DNA of 64,000 nucleotides from Giardia intestinalis (lineage: Eukaryota): assembly GCA_000002435.2 (NCBI GenBank), contig CM018791.1; one strand, written 5' to 3'. The translations under genes were made by a program, and so were the position numbers. Positions within the stretch are counted from its first letter, which is position 1. Each line of letters starts with the position of its first letter. Below the pieces are notes generated by a model that saw only the letters and a list, made by a program, of their open reading frames with translations, was not told the origin of the DNA and did not search any database. This document shows positions 51,001 to 60,500 of the stretch, piece by piece.

Positions 51001-54000
51001 CGTCTGACTTTGGTGTCCAGTGTATGCTACAAAGTTGGGCTCAGTGTCCATTACTGAGAAGCACATCTTTTCCTGATATTTATCCGTAATCACAAGCTGC
51101 TCTCCCATTGGCGGGGCTTGCTTCTCAGCCTTGTCAATAAGGTCTGAGGATACACGGAGGCTGAGCACCCCGTATCCTGTATAGACCAGGGATACCACTA
51201 AGACGTCGCCAAACTCTATAAGACGACGGCTTGTGCTGGTATTTGTCACACTATACTGCCTTAAGCTCGTTGAACTGAGGGGTGGCAACGCACCGCCAAT
51301 ATCAGTCAGACAAGAATCTGCCAAGCGACCATTGACGTCAGACTGGATGAAGGTGGGACTTAGGCGCACAGAGGGATATGAAAATACAGATGGACTTAGT
51401 AACACCAACTTTTGGCTACTGAGATGATGCATTTGCTTATATATGGGGTGTGGCAGAAAGAAGTGAGCCACGATAGACTCCCTGGAGTATAGATACTTCT
51501 GATAGAATAGATGTAAAGCAGTGGATGAATCAGCCAGGTCTCCTCCCTTATGTCTACCTTCGGTCTTTGTTTGCCCATCCAAAGAAAACGCTGTGTCAGC
51601 AGAAGCGTTCATCATTTCGAGATGAGCTAAGGTTGAAAAGATCCCGAAAGAGTCTACAGACGCGACAATAGTCTTGGGAGATCTATATTTTGGTGTGTAG
51701 CTGCAGATAATGCATACGTTTCCACAGATTGCCCGTATCATTTCGAGTGAAAGCCCTTGGAGAGCTATGGAAGACAGACAGCCTGGGCAGACGTAACGCT
51801 CAGCCGAATCTCCATCTGCCCTTGCATTCTGCATACTAGGCATGTTGATAAACGGGTTTCCAATGGGGCAAAAGCGCAGTTCATCAGGTAGATATGGAGT
51901 CCATCGAGCGGAGTTCCCATCCGTAGAGAAGGGAAGCACGTCGATAGATGCACTTGTGCGAAGAACGTCAAGCTTTTTGTGGAGTTGCTCTGCAGCTGCC
52001 TTTGAGTAGGTATTCAAGCAGGTGCACACTAAGGAAAGCGGAGCAGATTGCCACACAGTAGCGAGGCCGTTGACTGATGATAGTCTGGTAGCTAGCTCTT
52101 GAAGAAATTCTGCCGGGTCATCATCACTCTTTGCAAATACACACACAGAACGAAGTATGGATATTGTTGTAGCTATGTAAGAATGCGTGGTCGTGAAGTG
52201 ATCCAAAAGTGCGGCCATCATATCGAGTATCTTTCGAAGCAACGAGACACTGCCATCCAACGCGCTGTAGTTTCTACTGGCCTCATCCAAGCCCAGAAGG
52301 GATAGCACATCTGCACCGACCTGGGAAAATAGCGCCAATGCAGCTAGAGAAACGAGTCCTGTTGTCATGTGAATGTATTCTGTATATAATAATTCATCGG
52401 AGAGCCCGAGAACATGTCTCAACGAAGCTAGAGAACTAGGGCAAGACACTGACTCATCTGCAACAAGTGGTAGCACTGCATAAGTCACTAGCATTTTCTC
52501 AAAACGATCATACTGCCCCTTGACAAGCAAATTGAAAAGAAGAAATGCGAAGAAGTCTGTGATGCCGTATAGTGTAGTAAATGTCTTAAGAATTGGTTCT
52601 TCTGACACTGAAAAATCTGTGCTTTCCAAAAGCTGCTCGATGCCAATAAGAAGCTCAGGAATTGCCTCCTTCCTTGGTGCCCAGTCTTTCCATATCAGTC
52701 TCGTTAGGGTAGAGGAGACAGCGACGTCGTCTATTGATAAAATAACGGGCAACAGAAGCATCTTTTCGTAAAAATAAAGATCTGCCACAACAGGGACAGC
52801 TTTGATAATAGAATACGCCTCCTCCCTTACAGCGTTTGTGTACAGGTCATAAATTAGTGCAATCAAGTCCTTATTTGAGAACGATGTCGTGACTGGAAAG
52901 GGCAGAGACATGCATTTAAGAAGCTGCACTAACATAATTGTGTGCGTATCATTGTCCTGTGAATACCTCCGCAAAAGAGCTACAAACTGCTCCATTGGCC
53001 TGCCGTACGAGGTGGCGCCAATACAGTTGGCAATCTCATCTGATACACGACAGAAAAGAAGTAATTGATACATGATAAAGCAGACGGGTGCTGTTCTTTC
53101 GCCAACACCGCGAAGGAGATAGTACCCCTCCGAGAAAACCATGTGGTGTAACTGGCAAAGTTTCACGTAGAAGGACTGCTCTGCTACCGTCCATTGCCAG
53201 CTCTGCAATTCAGTCACTTCTTTAGATGGACTTGCATCAGGAAAGTAGAGCGCAACTGGAACAATGATAAGCTCGTGATAAAGTTTCGTCAACAAAAGAA
53301 GTAGGTGTGGATGTGACTCACGCTGAGAGCTGATAATGAATTCAAACAGAAGCCTTGTAAATACAACAACCACATGAAGAGCTTGCATCCGTAGGGGCCA
53401 GTGCAGTATGGAGAAGTAGGCGATGAGAAGCTTATACCCACAGGCACGACTAAATATCTCTTCTACCTCTGCGTCCTGCAACATATGAAGAAGCTTCAGA
53501 AGAAGAGCCGGTTCGAACTCTTGCTTGTAGCGAGGCGTCTTCCCACTGCACCCATTCTCTCCAAGGAAGAGAAGGGAGAGTATCTGGAACAACCCACTTA
53601 TGTCGTAATTCCAGACATCCTGTGGCATGATGGCTCTGACTAGCTCACCATCTGCGGTATCATCATACATTATAAACGAATAGCCAATGGTCTCTGCGTA
53701 AGCCCATGTAAATGTTGGTGCTTGAAAACGTTGGAAGTGTTGTCGGTCGTTTTGTTGCTGAGTGTAAATGGCAACAGGGTAGATCCTTGTCGGATATGAG
53801 ACTGCAACACTATTGACGGCGCAAAAGGCGTCATCGCTAAGATATAGAAGCCTTATTGCCGCGTCTATGTCCAGGCGTGCTTCTAGCAGTGAGCTTGAAG
53901 TATCAATGTCCAGAGGGATAGATGTGATAAAAGAATCCCCTTTGCTGAGAATTGTGTAACACAATAAAACAAGGTTTTCAGGCGAAAACGTTGCCTCAAT

Positions 54001-57000
54001 GTATATCCACTCAGCTCTTTCATCCAATGGAACAATATACTTGCTAGACGACGTGCTTAGACTTGTAGAAAAGAAAACTGATCCATCCTGTATCCAAATG
54101 GTCAAGGTTATTGCCTCTGGTTGCGGCCTAGTTGTGTCACCTGCTCCCTTGTGAATAGTCAACGTAAGAGTCATCGTATAGCTATTTTTCACGTGGCAAT
54201 AAGTAAAGATTGTAGCATTTATCGAACTCAGCGAGACTGTTTTGCGTGCCCTTTTAAGTGGAGAGCTCCCCGAGCGCAATATTAAAAAGTTCCCTGGAAC
54301 AATTGCTTCTGCTTGTAAGGTTTGAGTCACCTGATCAGGACTCGGCTCCAACAATGGATGTACCTGAATTTGAAATAGCACATTAAAGTAGGAGAGAAAG
54401 CGCAGCATTCCGTCTTCATCAGCAGAAGCCTCTTGCCGCTCCGTTAGCAGATAGTAACAGGGGAGCTCGCTGCCCAATTGCTTCAGTAAATATCGAGCAA
54501 CGGCATTGTGGAGAATAAGGGAACTAGACTGCTTTAGCAGCAGAGAGAGCAGACGCACATCTAGAGGCGAATCCTCATCGGCAGCAGAGAAGAATGCGGG
54601 GAAGATATTGACTTTCGCAGTAAAGTCTGCAATGATGCGAAGTGTGTGTTGCTCCCCGCTGAGAATGCATGAACGTATAAACAGGTTGAGGGCCAGACGA
54701 GAAAAGTAAGCTTTACCACCTGTCGTAAGTTCATGCAAATATTCTAAGGACGCAGCTATGCACCGTAGTGAACGATGAGAAGAGGCTTTCCAAAGTGTTA
54801 GCGACGGGGTTGACAAGAACAGGAGACGAATAGAAATATCGTCATGGCCTGCTGCAGGATCGTGGAGCACCAAGTCATACAAAGCAGATTGAAATACTGT
54901 GAAGTCACGAGACACAAGCTTACTCCATTTTCCTGCCTGATAACTGTGTGAAGAGTCTCTAATAGACTGGAGTCTGCCCCGGAGCGAACGCTTATTGCCA
55001 CCAACAGACAGAAAGGACGGAATGCCTTGAAACAAAGAGCCAGAGATGATATAGCAGGACATAGATGAAGCACATAGAAAGATAAGGCACTGGTGAATGA
55101 GGTCAAGCCGGGCACTCTTGTCGCTAAGTACAAGCGTCATGATCTTCCTTAGTAGCGTTCTTAGATCAAAGTCATACCCTCGAACGTACTGCTCAGGTTG
55201 AGCTTCGTGGATTGTCTCCTCTAATAATGCAGACAAGTTGAGCATTTCCCCAATAAGAATAAACATGAGTATAAGCACATTCTGGGGTGATATTGACAAC
55301 TTCTCAAATTCAACCAAGACATAGTCGAAAAGATGAATCAACTCAACCGAGGTAGATGCCTTCCAAAAGGTAACTAGTTGATGCTCCTTCTTATTAAAAT
55401 GGCCGAGTGTAATGTGTTGGAAGAGCATGCAAAGTAGAACGATTTCCAGACATGGCCCCCCATACGCGATAACCTCACGAACGACACGAGAGTAAACGTC
55501 AAGAAAGACATTACCGGAGGGAGGTTCGCTGATGCACAATGTTGAGACATAGGCGAATTCTAAGAAGGTAATCAGATTATCGCACAGGAGTTTGAACATT
55601 TGCTGCTGAAGCATGGATGAGTAGCCTTTATATACCCATGAGACAGACAGAAAACTGTCAAGAAATTTAGCTGTTGTCAGTGAGGCTGTCTCATTCGGCG
55701 CAGTAAAGCACTCGTTATATATAGTCTTGCAAGTAGTGTGCAGCGAGCTCCCTGGCGTTGAGGGGTCGATCAATTCTCTAGTGATAGATCTATACACGGT
55801 CGGGGACACTTCTAGAAGTCCAAGGAGTGCCTCTTGAAAGATGGGAACATCCTCTGGAGAAAGTGTAGTATGCAGAGATTGTAAAAACGGGACGCATTCT
55901 TTATAAATAAAGGGTAGCGCTACGTAAGTAATCATAGTAATGCAATGGGCCTCAGCTTGGTCAAGCCACGTGGATCCCGTAGGGGCTCCGATAGCAAGAC
56001 ACACTCTGTAGAGAATCAACATAAGATGGAGGAGAAACGCAGCATCAACGTTTGCCGCCATATGCCGCTTAATGTTGGTCTTAATTAAACCTAGAAATAG
56101 ATTGAAAACGGCATCCATCCGCACCGGCGCCAACTGAAAGATTTTAATAAGAGTACATACAAGAAAATCTGAGTCTAGAGTATCTAGTGAAACCGTTATG
56201 CTGAAGTACTTAGTTAGTATGCTAAGCAGGACATTCTCTAGCTTATCACTAAGTAAGCGACTAGTCAGATCACTTTTCACAACGAGCTTTCCTCCTTTGG
56301 AAGAAGAGGCTTGATGGGCAATCAGATTGCACCGAAGGCTAGCAAGGCGCTGGATACAATCCACATAGAACGCGAGAGCAAGAGATATTTCATGAAGTCC
56401 CGTACCATCCTTGGAAAGCAACACATCAAGCTTTTCTAACGCATATAAAAAGCCTGTAGACCGATACATGGTACGTAGAGACCCAGAGGTTCTGCTTATG
56501 TGTACGGGCGAAACCCTTGAGAAAACAATCTCTCTTAAGCACGATAAGGAGCTCTTTAATGCCCATATAAATGTTTCATATTCTTCTACACAGTTCAGCA
56601 TTGTAAAGATAGCGTCAATAGCTGTGCTCTGAAGTGTGAGGAGGTCGACAGGCTGCAGATATGCGGTGCATACGTGTGGCCTGCTGGCAGATGTCTTGCA
56701 AATGTGAGATATAACACGTAACCTTCTAGAAAATAGAAACTTTGGTGAGATCTGAGTTTTCTCTCTCATTTGTGTGATGAGAGCATAGTGATGCACATCT
56801 TCTAATAGTGAAGCGAGCGAAAACAAAAATCTAAGACCTTCCTTGCTGTAAAGCGCTAGGTCGATAAGGCCAATTTGGTCCGTGGTATCCATAACAAGCT
56901 TCCCGTCGCTAGGTAAAAGTACATCCACATTCTGACCGGAGACTGCGACTCGCAGACTTTTTCTCAAGATGCCAAAGCATACTGTTGCTAGGTGGCTATT

Positions 57001-57483
57001 GGGATTGAGCCTGATGAAGAAAAGCAAAGCAATCATGCGGTTCAAAAGGGTCAAGAGCATGTGGCGAGGCCCAGCATCCTGATACAAGAAAGCAGTAAAT
57101 AAGGATGAAGACTCAGGTTGGAGCGCTTCGTCACACTGGTAAATATTATAGAGGGTAGCTGTAAGCATGTAGACAAGCGGTAGACGAAGGGCTGAGAGAT
57201 TTTGTTTTGCTGGATACACCTGGCTTTCACTGAGTGTACAATCAAGGAGCGCCCTTAGCGGCGTTTGACCTAGGAACTGGCGCGCATCGTGAACGTACGC
57301 ATTGTCTAATAGGAGTGAAGTCTTCAAAAGGGTTTTGTGCACCTCCTGAGAAGAGCTCAATATAGTGGTCAGAATCAGGGGCTTCAGTTGTTGACTATTG
57401 CTGGACTTGTCTATGTCCTCTGTCTCTAAGCCCTTCAACAGCTCACTGTGGAATCTAAGAACAGCGGCAACAAGACAGTCCAT
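48040..57483 (-). CDS. Large hypothetical protein, 3147 aa, mostly alpha-helical/solenoid-like with a possibly beta-rich C-terminal region
   Basis: Complete ORF. ATG confirmed (cat at 57481-57483) with an AT-rich upstream (ctttcaaaaactaATG). No kinase, AAA or other catalytic motif seen by eye. Confidence 0.65.
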   Translation of the reverse strand: MDCLVAAVLRFHSELLKGLETEDIDKSSNSQQLKPLILTTILSSSQEVHKTLLKTSLLLDNAYVHDARQFLGQTPLRALLDCTLSESQVYPAKQNLSALRLPLVYMLTATLYNIYQCDEALQPESSSLFTAFLYQDAGPRHMLLTLLNRMIALLFFIRLNPNSHLATVCFGILRKSLRVAVSGQNVDVLLPSDGKLVMDTTDQIGLIDLALYSKEGLRFLFSLASLLEDVHHYALITQMREKTQISPKFLFSRRLRVISHICKTSASRPHVCTAYLQPVDLLTLQSTAIDAIFTMLNCVEEYETFIWALKSSLSCLREIVFSRVSPVHISRTSGSLRTMYRSTGFLYALEKLDVLLSKDGTGLHEISLALAFYVDCIQRLASLRCNLIAHQASSSKGGKLVVKSDLTSRLLSDKLENVLLSILTKYFSITVSLDTLDSDFLVCTLIKIFQLAPVRMDAVFNLFLGLIKTNIKRHMAANVDAAFLLHLMLILYRVCLAIGAPTGSTWLDQAEAHCITMITYVALPFIYKECVPFLQSLHTTLSPEDVPIFQEALLGLLEVSPTVYRSITRELIDPSTPGSSLHTTCKTIYNECFTAPNETASLTTAKFLDSFLSVSWVYKGYSSMLQQQMFKLLCDNLITFLEFAYVSTLCISEPPSGNVFLDVYSRVVREVIAYGGPCLEIVLLCMLFQHITLGHFNKKEHQLVTFWKASTSVELIHLFDYVLVEFEKLSISPQNVLILMFILIGEMLNLSALLEETIHEAQPEQYVRGYDFDLRTLLRKIMTLVLSDKSARLDLIHQCLIFLCASSMSCYIISGSLFQGIPSFLSVGGNKRSLRGRLQSIRDSSHSYQAGKWSKLVSRDFTVFQSALYDLVLHDPAAGHDDISIRLLFLSTPSLTLWKASSHRSLRCIAASLEYLHELTTGGKAYFSRLALNLFIRSCILSGEQHTLRIIADFTAKVNIFPAFFSAADEDSPLDVRLLSLLLKQSSSLILHNAVARYLLKQLGSELPCYYLLTERQEASADEDGMLRFLSYFNVLFQIQVHPLLEPSPDQVTQTLQAEAIVPGNFLILRSGSSPLKRARKTVSLSSINATIFTYCHVKNSYTMTLTLTIHKGAGDTTRPQPEAITLTIWIQDGSVFFSTSLSTSSSKYIVPLDERAEWIYIEATFSPENLVLLCYTILSKGDSFITSIPLDIDTSSSLLEARLDIDAAIRLLYLSDDAFCAVNSVAVSYPTRIYPVAIYTQQQNDRQHFQRFQAPTFTWAYAETIGYSFIMYDDTADGELVRAIMPQDVWNYDISGLFQILSLLFLGENGCSGKTPRYKQEFEPALLLKLLHMLQDAEVEEIFSRACGYKLLIAYFSILHWPLRMQALHVVVVFTRLLFEFIISSQRESHPHLLLLLTKLYHELIIVPVALYFPDASPSKEVTELQSWQWTVAEQSFYVKLCQLHHMVFSEGYYLLRGVGERTAPVCFIMYQLLLFCRVSDEIANCIGATSYGRPMEQFVALLRRYSQDNDTHTIMLVQLLKCMSLPFPVTTSFSNKDLIALIYDLYTNAVREEAYSIIKAVPVVADLYFYEKMLLLPVILSIDDVAVSSTLTRLIWKDWAPRKEAIPELLIGIEQLLESTDFSVSEEPILKTFTTLYGITDFFAFLLFNLLVKGQYDRFEKMLVTYAVLPLVADESVSCPSSLASLRHVLGLSDELLYTEYIHMTTGLVSLAALALFSQVGADVLSLLGLDEASRNYSALDGSVSLLRKILDMMAALLDHFTTTHSYIATTISILRSVCVFAKSDDDPAEFLQELATRLSSVNGLATVWQSAPLSLVCTCLNTYSKAAAEQLHKKLDVLRTSASIDVLPFSTDGNSARWTPYLPDELRFCPIGNPFINMPSMQNARADGDSAERYVCPGCLSSIALQGLSLEMIRAICGNVCIICSYTPKYRSPKTIVASVDSFGIFSTLAHLEMMNASADTAFSLDGQTKTEGRHKGGDLADSSTALHLFYQKYLYSRESIVAHFFLPHPIYKQMHHLSSQKLVLLSPSVFSYPSVRLSPTFIQSDVNGRLADSCLTDIGGALPPLSSTSLRQYSVTNTSTSRRLIEFGDVLVVSLVYTGYGVLSLRVSSDLIDKAEKQAPPMGEQLVITDKYQEKMCFSVMDTEPNFVAYTGHQSQTFLFNWARFDQRSESDADDSTGALQAADEPANSAIKEHQEAESFSILRRLLCTKDNPRSIHLENSFSRKQDSFGRRISYGLYDYCMSTQNRAYHKYKEVELSIEYSRILYMVPFFFIRMQPALQIIESNGAVHVLLFKTQEHAVKLIHNYGYYRRFGCGESGSGSAYGTCYYYSKSPYKKKGVLLDFETIVSTFQAELLGQLRLILGRRISLLMANNTISLTMIQFSVFTLLSAMNMIAARSPVVSYIYPIFPALSPRKSAKPRNLRYPLPAQSNTSLCKSIAKYAEMSLGELQSTSLQDKMAATAFLNDILKQSMQTLEKAATASSEDAISFFRKGLERANLSPSAMKLLSASPLFRTFISNNMTLPYYCFCVEPFTSLQRNLQGGCLDAFSRLFISLRSHWEKVELGSSFHEAIPELFYTPYIFTNTNGLQLSSDAETVTEALQSTPSQAIDTVHAQRTALESTIFSNQADQGGLRSWIELLFGSKQQSLDALNLFPSGTAEYSPGEASIATSLYFGTYPIRLHQDELSKLLALMDNVHKPTKMAEELVLTHSVDIRRYLHTVPFEQLTPGSVQSVTEKCDLIFRHFNQPALCVAGRHVTLANHINGLLWTTKDCIVIDTYMLYFDINRQEISVFELSKVFLDSFHVAPKGGSGGLSSVFTGGNLGREQESGSLNTPDQLLSGAQHPPPGQIVILGFSRASGSQPRLLTNIPVAQLAKQGKTIGMHITTFKLASTLGRRCSTSKNAIITKIDSAGYMPFYGYVLHLYTDQGIILANIRNLSTDAQPQLFIIQHCPLDVGYYSRLAMSSFLHVPELSLVCYYSPHVLHVLEYNSLHRTVSYGSRETDSPYLLAKFRISYEEKLAITYCAVHERQGLIAVGLSVLNDDTTVDSERTLQYYIYLYTLGNIHIKALSVPAPVQHIAFFGGYDDGFAGYMLVNKQLVYSLDSDVSEHIRKVCETEILADSLAVVDGAIVGYQRETFRWYS

Positions 57484-57559
57484 TAGTTTTTGAAAGTGTC
57501 AGAGGAACTACGAGCTACAATTCGACAACAACCTCACTGGCCGCTAGTTTACTTCCCGT
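57484..57559 (-). promoter_or_regulatory. 76-bp spacer carrying the ACS poly(A) signal AGTAAAC (plus-strand 57547-57553) and the initiator of the 3147-aa gene
   Basis: Minus strand reads TAA-acgggaAGTAAAC...ctttcaaaaacta-ATG. Confidence 0.6.
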
Positions 57560-59740
57560 TTAGTGCGAGAGCGTGATCTTGACGTCAACAGCTGCAATGC
57601 CTGGGTTCTTCCCCTCCTTCTGCTCCTCGAAGACAAGAAGCGGGTTCATGTCCAGTTCTGTGATCTCAGAGAAGTCGTTGACCAGCTGGGCAAGCTTGAC
57701 CATCGTATCAAGAAGCCCCTTGATGTCGCTTCGAGGCTGGCCACGCACACCGTTGAGGATCTCGTAGATCTTCGTCTTCTTGAGTTGCGCCTCTGCGTCC
57801 TCTCTGTCATACTTGTAGGCCAAATCGAACGCGACGTCCTTGATGTAATTAGCATAGATGCCACCCTGGCCAACCATGATCATGGGGCCCCATGTGGGAT
57901 CGCGGTTGACACCAACAATCATCTCAGTTGTCTTTTGGTACTTGGAGAAGTCGACCATCTGCTGGATCTCGACGCCCTTAAGAACCGCACCCTTGGGTCC
58001 GTTCTTCGCGGCATTGGCCATGATCTCCTTGAACGCGGCTGTCGCCTCGGCCTCTGTCTTTATGTTGAGCTTCACACCGCCGCAGTCACTCTTGTGGATG
58101 ATCTGGGGAGAGACAATCTTCATAACGACAGGGAACGTGACCTCCTTGGCGAACGTCGCAGCCTCTGCCTCGTTGGTTGCCAGCTTCGTTTTGGGCGCAT
58201 TCACGCCATAGAGGGTGAAGATCTCAGACGTCTCGTGGGAGAGCAGGACCGTGCGGCCATCAGCGCGGGCGCCAGCGATGATCTTCTTGATGCGCTCGTT
58301 GTCCACCTTAAAGACTTCAACCTTCTTTTCAGCAAGGGTCTTACGATTCTTGATCTTCCTGTACTTGAGCACGGCCCCAGTCGCGTGGATTGCAGGCTCA
58401 GGGAACGGGAAGACAGGCATCTTGGCATTATTCAGAATCTTCGATGGCTCCTGCATCGTGAGACCGCCCATGAAGGCGCTGACGACCAGCCTGTCAGGAT
58501 ACTTGGCGTACATCCTTGTGCATAGCTCGGCAACCTCGCAAGGCTTGGTCTGCCCCTGAGGAGTGACGAGGATGACGGCGCCGGCGACGGTCTCTGGGGG
58601 CTCCTTGAAGCAGATCTCAAGCGCATCTTCGTAGCGTTTAGGCGGTGCGTCGCCAACAATGTCGACAGGGTTCTTCACAGAAGCTTCGCCGGGAAGGACC
58701 TTGGCAAGCGCCTCCTTTGTCTTGTCGGAAAGCGCTGCCATCCCAACGTGGTAAGTCTCGAAGGCATCAGTCGTGACGATTCCAGGGCCACCCGCATTTG
58801 TGACAATGACAAAGTTGTCACCCTTCGGAAGGCGGTGGGAGACGAAGAGACGGCCAAGGTCAAAAAGGTCAGACATGGTTGCCGCACGCAGGACGCCAGC
58901 CTTCTCGAAGGCAAGGTCGAATGCGATATCGTTCCCAGCCAGGGCCCCCGTGTGGGATGAGGCGGCAGCGGCACCGGCAGCCGATGTCCCGGACTTCAAG
59001 ATGATGACAGGCTTCTTGTGGACGCAGGTGGGGATCTGCTCAAGGAACTTCCTGCCATCGACGATGGACTCAAGGTAAAGGAGGATGATATCGGTGTTCG
59101 GGTCCTCCGCGACCTCCATGATGAGGTCGACTTCATCCACGTCAGCCTTGTTTCCAAGGCTGATGAAGTTGGAGAAGCCGATTCCATTGGTCAGAGCCCA
59201 ATCAAGGATGGAAGTGAGCATGGCACCGGACTGAGAGAGAAAAGCGATGCTGCCCTTGGACGGCTTGGCAGAAGCGAAGGTGCAGTTCAGGTTCGGGGTA
59301 ACAATACCGAGGCAATTAGGTCCGACGAGACGAATCCCAGCGTCCTTGCAAATCTTGGTGAGGTCTTGCTCCATCTGCACACCTTCGCCGCCAATCTCCT
59401 TGAAGCCAGCGGTGATGACGACGAGGCTCTTAACCTTCTTCTGAGCACACTCCTTTGCCGCAGCAAGGACGGCCTTTGAGGGGATAACGACAATGACGAC
59501 GTCGATGCTGTCAGGGACATCAAGCACGCTCTTATAAGTCTTGTACCCCAGGATCTCAGTGGCCGTCGGATTTATGGGATAGACCTTCCCAGTGTAGCCG
59601 GACTCCTTTATGTTTGTCACGACCGTGTTCCCGACTTTCCCGGCGTTGGGGGAGGCGCCGATGACCGCAACAGAAGCAGGGTTTGTCAAGAAGGAAAGCT
59701 TGCCCATTTTCTTATACTTTGTTGAATAATTTTGACGCAT
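57560..59740 (-). CDS. ACS: Acetyl-CoA synthetase (ADP-forming), fused alpha-beta type, 726 aa
   Basis: N-terminal CoA-binding signature VAVIGASPNAGKVG. Phosphohistidine loop SSHTGALAG. C-terminal ATP-grasp half. The ORF-track start at 59749 is TTG. The first ATG (cat at 59738-59740) gives 726 aa, the reported length of Giardia ACS. A second ATG at 59707 has an even more AT-rich initiator. AGTAAAC poly(A) signal 6 nt after the TAA stop. Confidence 0.85.
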   Translation of the reverse strand: MRQNYSTKYKKMGKLSFLTNPASVAVIGASPNAGKVGNTVVTNIKESGYTGKVYPINPTATEILGYKTYKSVLDVPDSIDVVIVVIPSKAVLAAAKECAQKKVKSLVVITAGFKEIGGEGVQMEQDLTKICKDAGIRLVGPNCLGIVTPNLNCTFASAKPSKGSIAFLSQSGAMLTSILDWALTNGIGFSNFISLGNKADVDEVDLIMEVAEDPNTDIILLYLESIVDGRKFLEQIPTCVHKKPVIILKSGTSAAGAAAASSHTGALAGNDIAFDLAFEKAGVLRAATMSDLFDLGRLFVSHRLPKGDNFVIVTNAGGPGIVTTDAFETYHVGMAALSDKTKEALAKVLPGEASVKNPVDIVGDAPPKRYEDALEICFKEPPETVAGAVILVTPQGQTKPCEVAELCTRMYAKYPDRLVVSAFMGGLTMQEPSKILNNAKMPVFPFPEPAIHATGAVLKYRKIKNRKTLAEKKVEVFKVDNERIKKIIAGARADGRTVLLSHETSEIFTLYGVNAPKTKLATNEAEAATFAKEVTFPVVMKIVSPQIIHKSDCGGVKLNIKTEAEATAAFKEIMANAAKNGPKGAVLKGVEIQQMVDFSKYQKTTEMIVGVNRDPTWGPMIMVGQGGIYANYIKDVAFDLAYKYDREDAEAQLKKTKIYEILNGVRGQPRSDIKGLLDTMVKLAQLVNDFSEITELDMNPLLVFEEQKEGKNPGIAAVDVKITLSH

Positions 59741-59822
59741 CAGAATCAATTTCCTTTTTCGGAATCATGCACTGACGATGACGGGCCCGAAAAGCCTTAT
59801 TTACACATACACAGGAGATAAG

Positions 59823-60500
59823 TTAATAGCCTCCGAAGCTATAGCGGCCGCTTTGTGTTCCTGAGAAACCCTGCTGTGCAGGCCTCCCGGCGCTAATTGG
59901 CCTATATGCGGAGGATGGCGACTGGGAGCCGTGGGGACGATTGCTGAGCGTAGGCGTACGAGGCCCCGACTGACCAGAAAAGCTACCTCGATTTGTCATC
60001 GGGCTGGCGGCGGGGGCATATCTAGAAGGCCCCGAGACCGGTCGAGTCCCTACAGATCCTTGCTGCGTGGGCGTTCGAGACTGTACATAGTCAGAGCCCC
60101 TGGAAGACATGCTCCCACGAGGCTGGGCACTTCGGGACATTCCTGGAGAGGAGCCTGATGAGTAGCTTGAGCTCATGCGATTCGATTGAGACATCCTAGC
60201 TGATGTGTGTGCCTGTTGTTGTGCCTGGGACATCTGTGGGGTCTGCTGCTGTGAATACATATGCGGTTGGGTATGACCATACGCCTGCTGGGCCGTATGT
60301 GCCGCAGACTGCTCTCCTGCCTGTTGCGCAGCAGCAGCGGCAGCTTCTGCAGCCAACTCTTCCAGCTTCCGAGGCGGTGTCGGTGGCCGGAGCTTTGTCA
60401 AACTGCCAGACCTGACAGTAGGATCGCTAGACGTACGATTGTAGGCGCCCTGACCTGCTTGACCCATCTTCGTAAGGGCTACATTTGCAAGAAGGGGTGC
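59823..60500 (-). other. GC-rich low-complexity segment encoding the Q/S/P/G/M-rich C-terminal tail of the phosphatase-like protein
   Basis: AQQAYGHTQPHMYSQQQTPQMSQAQQQAHTSARMSQSNRMSSSYSSGSSPGMSRS... through ...SGRYSFGGY. Confidence 0.6.

Noticed and set aside
57563-58525. 320-aa ORF antisense to the ACS gene, rich in L/D/R/V.
   Set aside because: Antisense frames of a high-GC3, codon-biased gene routinely stay open. It has no start context and overlaps a well-supported enzyme gene.
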